The position numbers and the translations under genes were made by a program. From Thecamonas trahens ATCC 50062 (taxonomy: Eukaryota > Protista > Apusomonadida), in assembly GCF_000142905.1 (NCBI RefSeq), contig NW_013657671.1, positions 480,373-544,372 on the forward strand: a DNA stretch of 64,000 bases. Direction: 5' to 3'. The notes beneath the pieces were generated by a model that worked only from the letters and a program-made list of their open reading frames with translations, ran no database searches and was not told the DNA's origin. Positions 35,972 through 46,009 of the stretch are shown here, piece after piece. The number at the start of each line of letters is the position of its first letter. Position 1 is the stretch's first letter.

Positions 35972-38900
35972 TCACGGGCATCGAATGACAATGACAGAGA
36001 TGTTGTCCGTCGAGCCCGAGTTGTACGCCATGTCGCGGAGGACTGCGGCTGCCCGTGAGAGCGAGCCAGTCTCGCGGAAGACTTGCGTCACAACATGCGC
36101 CGCCGTCGCGTCGTCGATCTCGTCCCACACGCCGTCGCACGCCATGATGAGCACATCGCCCGAGCTAAAGGCCACCGGCGCTGCACAGTACGGTGCTGCA
36201 ATGACATACGGCTTGAGGTGAAAGTCGCCAAATGCCCGCGATACCGCAAGGTTACCGTTCACCCGCCCGTTGAAGGCCACATACGCCCGCGCCCGGCGAA
36301 TCCGCTCCTCCTCCTCAGCCGTCGTGGGCTTGTGGTCCATCGACAGCCGGCGCACCCGCCGCCGCACCCGATTGAGGGCAGACGATGAGTCCGACCGCCG
36401 CATCGACGCAATCGACCGCGAAAGCGGCTTGCTGCTCTCGGCCGCCCCGGCCGCCATCTCATCAAACGAGGTTGCGGGGACAAGGACTGCCCGCGAGTCG
36501 CCGACGTTGGCTACCGTGAGCTGGCCGCCGACAAAAAACGCAAACAGGCCCGTTGTCCCACCGCGCGAGTCTGACTTGGGCGTTGCGTCCGAGGTAAGAA
36601 ACGCACACAGCTCCTCCTCGGTCTTTTCGATGGCCGCCACCAGCGCGCTGCAGAGCGCAGCATGACTTGCCTCGCTGTCGTCGCTGGAGAGCTCCGGCAG
36701 CTCAAGATTGGTGTGGAGTCGCTCGGCGCAAAATGCTGACGCCGCCGTCCCGGCGTGACCGTCAAAGAGTCCAAAGTAGTCGACTTGGAGCGCGTCGACT
36801 CGCGGATGCGGGAGCGCCCAATGCCACGTCAAGGCGTCCTCCATTGTCGGCCGCTTGCCGATCATCTCTGCCACGCCGAGCTCGAACCGAGCACGCTCGG
36901 AGCCAGTCACGTACGCCTTGCCGGCCATCAGTGCGTCGTACGGCGAGTCGTACTCGCTGCCCACCGCGGTCCAATCAGCAAAGGCCTCTGACACGCTCCC
37001 GGGATTACCCTCGGTACAGCACCAGAGCGCAGACGCGAGCGCCGGTGGCACCTCGCTCAGTTGGTTGTACGAAATGTCTGCCCGCGTCACCCTCCCGCTC
37101 AGCGCAGCCTCCATGTCTTCGAGCGAGATGCCGTCGCTGGTCATGGCGTTGCGCCCCAGGTACACGGCCGAGATCCGTGGGAGCTCGAGGAGGAACAAAG
37201 GGAACGCCGAGATGGCGTTCCCTGTTGCTACAAGCTCCTCAAGCTCAGAGAACTGGGAGAGGTCTGGCAGCTCGGTCAACTGGTTGTTGCCGACGCTGAG
37301 GACGACGAGGCCCGAGGCCAGCATGCTGATTTCATCCGGCAGGCGCGCTATGCGATTGCCAAACACGTTGAGCTCAGCGAGGTAGCAGAGCCCGCCGACC
37401 GAGGACGGGAGCGCGACGAGGTCGTTCGACCCGACGTCGAGTGTCTCAAGGCAGGTCAGCTGACCGAGCGTCTCCGGGAGCATGGTGAGTGCGTTGTGCG
37501 AGACGATGATCGAGTCGAGGTGGGTGGCGAGCGGCACCAGTGACGGCAAGCTGGTGAGCGCGTTGTGACGGCAGTTGAGGTACGACAGCGTCGCCGTCGC
37601 CGACGCCGCGGCAACACCGAGCTTGGGCTCGGGCCATTGTGCAATCGAGTTGTGGCTCGCGTCGAGCCACTGCAGCGCCGGCAGCGTCCAGAGCCATGCC
37701 GGCAGCGCGTCGAGCGTGTTGTGCGAGACGTCGAGCCGTGAGAGATTCGGCAGCTCCAACGGGTGCGACGAGAGGTTGACCAGCTTGTTACCGGCCAGGT
37801 TGAGCTCGGTCAGCTTGGGCAGTGCGTCGAGCGCATGTCCGAGCGTCTCTAGCTTGTTCTTGGAGAGGTCGAGCACAACAAGCGAGCCCCAGCTAGTGTG
37901 GATCCCGTCGGGGAGGAGGTGAAGGCTATTGCGCCGGAGAATGAGCTTGACAAGCGCAGTGTAAGAGGCGAGCTGCGGCGGGGCGGTCGTAAGCGAGTTG
38001 AAGCCAATGTCGAGCTCGGTGAGCGCCGGTAGGTGAGTAAGGTCTGTCGGCCACTCGTCAAGCTCATTGCCGCCAACCTTGAGCTTGGCCAGGTTGGTGA
38101 GCGCGGTGAGGGCGTGCGGCAGCTGGGTGATGGAGTTATGGGTAAGGTCGAGCTCTGCGAGCGCGGTGAGACCTGCAAGCTCTTCTGGAACCGAGGTGAG
38201 AAAGTTCTTGGCAAGGATGAGTCGCTTCCAGTGGGTGTTGTCAAAGACTTCGAGAGGAACAGTGTCGAGGTTGTTGTCGGCAAAGTAGCCAAACGGCATG
38301 GTCTTCTTCGACGGCGGCTTGGGCAGGGCCTTGGGTGGCGGCGTGGCAGGCGAGGCGGATGAAAGAGGACAGTAAAAGTCGTCACCGCCGAGGAGAGAGA
38401 TGGCTTCTTCAAAGCTGGCCACCGTTGCCGGGAGGAGGGTAAAGAGAGTGTCCGGCGAAACGTGCGGCGCAGCTGGCACGCCGTCGCCGGTCACCACCGC
38501 CGCCAGCTCGGCCACCATTGGCGCGGCAGCAGCGAGGATAGCCGGGTCGCCGCCGCCCTCGACAAGCCTGTTGGCTGCTGCGGCGGCGTCGGTGGCAAGC
38601 TTAATGCGAGCGTCAAAGTACGCGCGCTCAGCAGCAAGCTGTGCAGCTTCGTGGGCGGTTTCGTTGCCAAGCGAGTGCTGGCGGAGGCTCGCGAGCCTGA
38701 CGCGAAGCGCGTCGACAAGTTTGTCTTCCAGCGCACACCATGCTGCGGCATGGCTATCAGCCCGTCCCTCGAGCGTCGTCTTGGCGGCGTCGAGCTTGTA
38801 CAGCAGCTCGCGCGAGCTGGCAATCCAGGTCTGGAGCTCGTGGGTGGCGCTGGTGAGTTTGTCGGCGAGCAACGAAGCGGTCTCGCCCAGCGGGAGGCAG

Positions 38901-40016
38901 TGATGTGAGGAATGGGCGCCGTGCATGGCGCAATTGTGGCAGGCGGTCGCCTCGCACGCAGAGCAGTACAGGGTCTGCGGCAGATCGTGGATCTCGCACG
39001 CTCTGCTTCGCTGGGCAATTGCCGACGCCAGCGCAAACCTGGTGCCTTCGTCCGACTCGCTGCTAAGCCGCGGGCTCGCAGGCGGCGGCGTCTCGTCGCC
39101 ATCGGCAGGAGGAGGGGCCGGGGACTCGACATGGGCCTCGTCCTCGGAGCCGCCGTCGGCCGAGTCGGACGCCGACTCGGCTTGCGCAAGCGAGACAAGC
39201 TCGATCCTGGTGTGGGAGGCGAGCGGGGAGCCATCCGCATGGTGGCTCGTCCAGCACTCGCCGCAAAACGAGAGCAGGCCAATTTGAGCGCAGACCAGGC
39301 ACTGGGCCTCTGCAGGTGCATTCCCTGCAGCAGCGCACCTGTCGCAAGCCAGCGGCTCGCCGCTGCGCACCTGACCAAGCTTTGCCGCCAGCTCCTCATC
39401 CAGATCATCATTTCCAGGCAAAGCATCAACTCCGCAACCCTTGATCGACGACGGTGTCCCGCAAGCCAAGCACGTCACCGCATCGACCTCGCACCTGTAG
39501 CAGCAGACAGAGCCAGTCCCAAGGCGAGCAGCGCGTATTCATCGACATGAGCGAGTGGTATGGATTTGAAGAGAGGGCAAGAAGGGGATCCGAGTGGCCG
39601 AACAAAGCGCAGCAGCATCAATCCAGTTCCAGTGAGTCCAGGAGGGGGGAGGGGGAGGGGGAGGAGATAGAGGCAGGGAGATGAGAGGGTGGTAGTGGTG
39701 GTAGTGGTGGTAGTGGTATGGGTGGTGGTGGTGGTGGTATGGGTGGTGGTATGGGTGGTATGGGTGGTGGTGGTATGGGTGGTGGTCGGTGATTGGCAGG
39801 GAAAAGGGGAGGCGTGCGGCATTCTGGAACGTACGCAAGGTCATGGTGATGGTGGTCGGCATTGTGGTCAAAGCAGAGGTGGGAGTATGTTCGGCGGGTA
39901 CGTTCAAGTAGGACAAGGGTAGGGATGCATGTGGCGCAGACAGCATGCCAGCATTCAAGCATCCGTGGCTTGTGCAGTACCTCTAGGCACACACTGCAAA
40001 GTACTTGATTGGCCAT
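35972..40016 (-). CDS. RING - B-box1 - B-box2 - coiled coil - LRR - PP2C protein; exons 40016..39835 and 39494..35972
   Basis: Spliced C3HC4 RING (CSVC..CWH..CATC...CLAC), two B-boxes, helical region, roughly 18-20 LRRs, and PP2C motifs RPTMED, FDGHAG, NVGDSR, CDGVWD, STDNIS. Confidence 0.85.
39495..39834 (-). other. GT-AG intron (340 nt, phase 2)
   Basis: GTACGT donor and CTACAG acceptor with matching phase; contains CCA-type repeats; removal completes the RING. Confidence 0.75.
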
Positions 40017-40155
40017 GACGAGTCACGGTCGAGCGCGGCTGGCCAGAGTGGTGCGAGTCAGGTGTGGCCGTGCTGAGGCCGTGCGGAGGCCGTGCTGAGG
40101 GCCGGCGGGGAGGGAGGGGAGGGGGAGGGGAGGGGGGGGGGAGCGCTTCAATTGA

Positions 40156-42317
40156 TCAGTGCGAGGTGTTGAACGAGGCTGAGAGGAAGGTGGCATCAAG
40201 CTGGTCCTCGAGCTCGACGCGGGCGAGATGGCGGGTCTCGACGTCCTTGAGCTGCTCGAGCTCAGAGTCCCAGGCAGCCTTGATGGTGTCGAGCTGGTCA
40301 ACATAGTGGGGCGGGAGGTCGAGCGAGGCAAGGGCGTCAAAGAGGAAGACCCAGGCCTCGCGGGCGGCCATGCGGTCGCGGAGCGCCTCCACAAGACGGC
40401 GCTCCTCAGACGCGATGCGGTCTTCGATCTCGGCAACCTCGCGCGAGCACTGTGCAACCCAGTCGGCGCGTTGCGCAGCGTTGGAGCGCTGCTTCTTGAC
40501 AAGCACGCCCTCGCGCTCCTGCTTGAGGATTTCGATGGACGACTCAACGGCAAAGGCGGCAAAGGCAAGTTTGGCGTGTTTGCGCGCGGTGAGCGCGAGC
40601 CGGGCGGCCATCATGTTGAACAGCTCCTCGACAACGGTGGCAAGGCGAGCCTGGGCAAGGTCAGCGAGGTCGGCGGAGACGTCGCCGTTGGTCTCGTTGG
40701 TGAGGCCGGTGACTGCGAGGTGGGCGCGGGCATCAGTGAGAATGCGGGCGGCCTCCTCCTCCTCGCCCTCGGCAAGCACATCGTTGACGCGGATCTTCTT
40801 GGCAATGAGGTCCATCGTGCCCTCGACGACGTTGACCCGCTTGGTCTCCTTCCATAGCGACATGTGTGCGTCGCCAAGGTCGTTGATGAGGCTCGCAATG
40901 TGGGCCGAGATCCGGTCGACGGTGGCGGCGGCAGCGACCTGCGACTTGCGGCACGAGTCGAGATAGCGCGAAACGCCCTCGGAGAGCATGGCGCCCGCGC
41001 GGTGACCAGCGCGGACCGCGTCGCGCATGGCGACGAGCTGGGCCTCGACCTTGGCAATGAGCGCCCGGACTGAGTCGACGTCGAGCTCAGCGGGGATGAC
41101 CTTGAACGCCGTCAGCGTCTCGTACGTCTCAGCGTTGACCGCCTGTGCCTCGCCGGTCTTTGCCAGCACGGCCTCGACTTTGGTGTAGAGGTCGGTCTCC
41201 TCCTGCTCGCAGGCCAGAGTCCAGTCCTCGACGGCGCGCTTCTCCTCAAAGACGCCGCACTGGGCGTCGACGGCGTGGGCCTCCTCGAGGACCTCGGGCG
41301 CCAGATGGGCGGACGGCACGCCCTCGATCTTATCAAGCAGCTGTGAGACGGCGGCGCAAAACGCGGTCTCGCCCGCCACGTCGCGGGAGCCATCGATGGC
41401 GGCGGCGGCCTCGTCCACATACGCGCCCAGCTTGTTGACCAGCGGGAGCTTGGACGGCGAGAGCGCGCTGTCGGTGGTGAGGGTGGCGATGCGGGCGCGG
41501 ACGCCGGCAAAGGTGGTTCGTGGCGTGCCGGCGTCGGGCGCAGACCGGATGGCGTCGATGGCCTCGGCGTTGTCCGGGAGGATCGACGGCGCAGACGGCA
41601 GCGCCGAGTCGAGCTGGTCCGAGAGTAGCACGTCATCAAAGGCCTTGGATGGGACCGGGATCTCGCCCAGGCTCTCTAGCGCGGCGTGGATGCTGGCCTT
41701 GGCGTGGGCAACCTGCGCTGCGTACTCGTTCTCCTCCCGCGACACTGTGCCCGAGGTGAGGACCGGGGTCAGGTTGAGCTGGTCCATCGTCGGCGGCGGC
41801 GCCGACGGCGAGTCGTACTCGGTTGCCGCAGCACGAGTGAGGGCGGCGGCGTCCGAGTTGCCGCTAGTCTGCTCGCGCGGTGAGCTCGGCGTGGCCGGCG
41901 AAGTCGGCACGGTCGAAATCGTCGACGACGGCGACGTCATCATCATGCCCCGCGGATATCCGTAGCCCTGCGGGGAGTACATCTGTACGCGCCGAGATGT
42001 GGATCATGACATGGTCGTAGGGGGGATGGGGGAATGAGTGTGGCGTGAGATAGTTGCGTTTGCCATTGCCACCGTCATGCATCGTTCCATTGATCATAGC
42101 GCCCGTCGTCGTTCCGTTGATCGTTGTGCCATCGTCAACCAGTGAATCATTGCCAATGTTCAATTAATCGTTCGTTCGGTTGGACAGACCATTCGTCGGG
42201 TTAGTCAGCGGCAGGAGGTATGGCTATGGAGACAGAGCAGGTGTGAGGGAAGCAAGGCGAGAGGAGGTGAGGTGAGGAAAAACAGCAACATACCATAGGA
42301 GAGCCAAAGTACGACAT
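40156..42317 (-). CDS. Uncharacterised alpha-helical/coiled-coil protein; exons 42317..42294 (MSYFGSPM) and 41982..40156
   Basis: 608-codon ORF with typical codon bias. Phase-0 intron from GTATGT (42293) to TACAG (41983). Confidence 0.7.
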
Positions 42318-42393
42318 AGTATCCTGGTCGTGGTGCAGTGGGGTGGTTCCGTCCTCCGCTACTCTGTCTCCAAGGGGGAGGGGGGGGGAGGGG

Positions 42394-42797
42394 NNNNNNN
42401 NNNNNNNNNNNNNNNNNNNNNNNNNNNNNNNNNNNNNNNNNNNNNNNNNNNNNNNNNNNNNNNNNNNNNNNNNNNNNNNNNNNNNNNNNNNNNNNNNNNN
42501 NNNNNNNNNNNNNNNNNNNNNNNNNNNNNNNNNNNNNNNNNNNNNNNNNNNNNNNNNNNNNNNNNNNNNNNNNNNNNNNNNNNNNNNNNNNNNNNNNNNN
42601 NNNNNNNNNNNNNNNNNNNNNNNNNNNNNNNNNNNNNNNNNNNNNNNNNNNNNNNNNNNNNNNNNNNNNNNNNNNNNNNNNNNNNNNNNNNNNNNNNNNN
42701 NNNNNNNNNNNNNNNNNNNNNNNNNNNNNNNNNNNNNNNNNNNNNNNNNNNNNNNNNNNNNNNNNNNNNNNNNNNNNNNNNNNNNNNNNNNNNNNNN
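42394..42797. other. Assembly gap (N run)
   Basis: N bases, flanked by G-rich (left) and C-rich (right) tracts. Confidence 1.
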
Positions 42798-43196
42798 TCC
42801 CCCGCCCGCCTGTTTGCCAGCCTGCCAGCCTGCCCGCCCGCCCAACGCCATTCACCCACCACTCACAGCGAAACAAGCTGATGACATGACACTCATCGCA
42901 TCACATACGATCCCACCCTCTACCGTATTTCATCCCCCTCATCCCCCTCATCCCCCTCATCCCCCGGTCCCCCGATGGCCCGATCCCGCGAAGCCCTTCC
43001 TCTCCCCCCCCCCCTCATCCCCTGCTCCCAATCACCTCATCCCCCCCACCCCCCCACCACCCACCCACCCCCACCCCACCCCCCATCCTTCGATGCCCCG
43101 ATGCCCACTACATACCCCTCACCTTCGCCTTCCCTACTCCCCAACCCTCGATGACCAGCCTGCGCAGCACTCGACTCAAATCAGCGGACCATACAT

Positions 43197-44459
43197 ATGC
43201 TGAGGATTGTCAGCCGACAGCCGACATGGATGTGGCGAGGCGAGGGCCAGCGGTACCTTAGCAGCAACGAGTTGCGAAACAAGTTCTTGGCATACTTTGA
43301 GAAGGAGGGCGTGCCGAGTGTGGCTCCGGGACCAGCGGTGCCTGTGGGAGGTGATGGCTCGCTGTTGTTCAATGCTGCGGGGATGGTTCAATTTCGAGAC
43401 GTCTTTACCGGCTCCACTGGCCGAGATCAATTTGTGGCTTCGGATCTCAACGTTGGCTTGGCGGCACATGTGGCTACGGCTCAGCCATGTGTTCGCGCTG
43501 GTGGCAAGCATAACGATCTGGATCAAGTTGGTGCTACTCCTCGTCATCACACTCTGTTTGAGATGCTCGGCAACTTTGCCTTTGACGGCGCTCTGCTCAA
43601 GCAGGATGCCATCGATCTCGCCTGGCGCTTCCTCACACATGATCTGGCTCTTCCTCGCGATCGCCTTGCTGTCTCGGTCCATGTCGACGATGCCCGTGCC
43701 TACGCACACTGGACCAAGAGCATCGGCCTCCCGCCCGACCGTGTCTTCAAGCTCGGCGACGCCGACAACTACTGGGCCATGGGCGAGGTCGGGCCCTGTG
43801 GTCCCTGCACCGAGATGTTCTGGATTCCGGATCCGCTGGTGGGCAAGCCGCTGGATAGCCTAGACGAGTGTCTTGAGCTGTGGAACGTGGTGTTTATGGA
43901 GGACGAGGTCCGCGCCGATGGTGTCCGCGCCAAGCTCCCGGCGCCGGCCGTCGATACCGGCATGGGCCTGGAGCGCCTGGCCTCGGTCGTTCAGGGTGTC
44001 TCCTCCAACTACGCCACCGACGCCTTTGCTCAGCCCATCGCCGCCATGCTCGCCAGCGTCCCGTCTCTGGCTACCGTGAACTACTCGGTCGACTCGGCCG
44101 CTGCGGACTCGATCGCCGTCCGCGTCGTCGCCGACCACCTCCGCTGCCTCTCGTACCTCATTTCCGAGGGCGTCATGCCATCAGCCTCGTCGCGCGGCTA
44201 CGTCGCTCGCCGCATCCTCCGCCGCGCCCTCCTCCACGCCCACACCGCCCTCGACCTGCACGACCCGTGCCTCCCGGCCCTTGCCGCCCCGTTTGTTGCC
44301 TCGCTCGCCGACTCGATGCCGCGCGTCGCCGCCGCCACAGACACCATCATTCGCACCCTCGAGGCCGAGGAGCATCTCTTTCGCGCCACCCTTGACCGCG
44401 GCCTTGCACGCTTCGCCGCCGCCGTCCGCCACACAGACGCGCTCTCGGGCGCTGACGCC

Positions 44460-44490
<31 letters not shown>

Positions 44491-45979
44491 TTGATCTCAC
44501 CACCATGCTCGCCGCGGATGCCGGCGTCACCGTCGACGTCGCAGGCTTCCACGCTGCCCTGCAGGCCTCGCGAGAGGCCTCTCGCACCGTAGCGGGCGCC
44601 GCCGCTGAGCCTGCCTGGGAAGCCGCCGCCGCCGAGTCTGCACTGCTTGCGCAGCTCGGTGCTCAGCCGCCAGCCACGCAGTTTGTCGGCTACGATGACC
44701 TTGCCGTCACCGCTGCGCCGGTTGCCGCCTGCTGGTCGCCGCCGTCCGCGCCGCATCGCGCCTACGTCGTCGTCGCCGCCTCGCCGCTCTACCGCGAGGC
44801 CGGCGGCCAAGTCTCCGACTCGGGCGTACTCGTCACGCCGACCGGTCAGGAGCTTGTTGTCTGTCAGCTCCTCCCGCTTGCCCGGGCTCCGAGCACCGCC
44901 GTTGTCGTCGTAGAGTCCAAGGGCGGCGAGTCGATTGCGCTCGCTCCCGGCGACGCCGTCGATGTCGCTGTCGACGCTGCTGCCCGCGCCCGCACCGCTG
45001 CCCACCACTCGGCGACGCACCTCCTCCACGCCGCCCTCCGCGCCGAGCTCGGCGAGTCGGTGGCGCAGGCCGGATCGCGGGTCGAGCCTGCCCGGCTCCG
45101 GTTTGACTTTTCGGTCGAGCCAGGCAAGGCCATCACGCCGGAGCTCCTCCGGTCGGTCGAGGCCTCGGTCAACGCCGCCGCCGCCGCTGACCTTCCGGTG
45201 GAGACCCGCGAGACGACGTATGCCGACGCTGTCGAACGTGGCGCTCTCGCTCTCTTTGGCGAAAAGTACGATCCGTCCTCGGTCCGCATGGTCTCGATGG
45301 GCGATGCGTCGACCGAGCTCTGCGGCGGGACACACGTGGCGTCGACCGCCGCTCTCGCGCCCTTTGTCGTCCTTGGCGAGCGTGGCATCGGCGCCGGCGT
45401 TCGGCGCGTCGAGGCCCTCGCCGGCCCGGCCGCCGCAGACTACCTCGTTGCCCAGCACGCCGAGCTCCGCGCAGCCGCCGCCGTCCGCGGCATCGCCCCG
45501 ACAGCCTCGGCCGTCGTCGTCACGCCGACCGGTCCGACGCAGCTCGCCGCAAGGCCGCCTCGGCGCTCAAGACGCTCCGCAAGCAGCAGCGCAAGACCGG
45601 TCCCGCCAGCAAGTCGGTAGGCCTTGTGCCAATCGCCGAGCTCTCTGCTGGTGCGCTTGCCGTGTACTCGGTGACACGCGAGACGCTCGGCCTCGCGCCC
45701 GATGCGTCCGGTAAGGCTCTTCGCATTGCGCTGCAAGACACAGGGCGGGCGCTGGTCGGGCAGGCCTCTGCTGTTGCGCATCACGTTCTCGTCTGTCCGG
45801 ACGACGGAGTCGTGGCTGTCGCTGCCTCCAACGGCGGTAACGCTCCTGCGCTCCTCGCTGACGTTCTCGACAAGGTCGGTGGCGGGCGCGGCGGCGGATC
45901 GCCGCACTTTGCGCAAGGTAAGCCGGCCGGCCGAGTCGATGCCAACTCCATTGTTGCCGCGCTCGACTCGGACAACTAA
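43197..45979 (+). CDS. AARS: Alanyl-tRNA synthetase, probably mitochondrial; one-base frameshift at ~45550
   Basis: LLFNAAGMVQF, QPCVRAGGKHNDLDQVG, HHTLFEMLGN, DTGMGLER; editing site HSATH and ELCGGTH; C-terminal GGRGGG..FAQG; Arg-rich N-terminal presequence-like segment. Confidence 0.9.
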
Positions 45980-46009
45980 ATGCTGGGCGTGCTTTTACAT
46001 AGACTACAC

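Noticed and set aside
39805-39830. VPECRTP as the final RING CxxC pair
   Set aside because: It has only one Cys and runs into low-complexity repeats and a stop; the spliced CLAC provides the proper pair.
32676-43203. ORFs spanning N gaps and Pro/His/Gly-rich ORFs in intergenic tracts
   Set aside because: Artefacts of N runs and low-complexity sequence.
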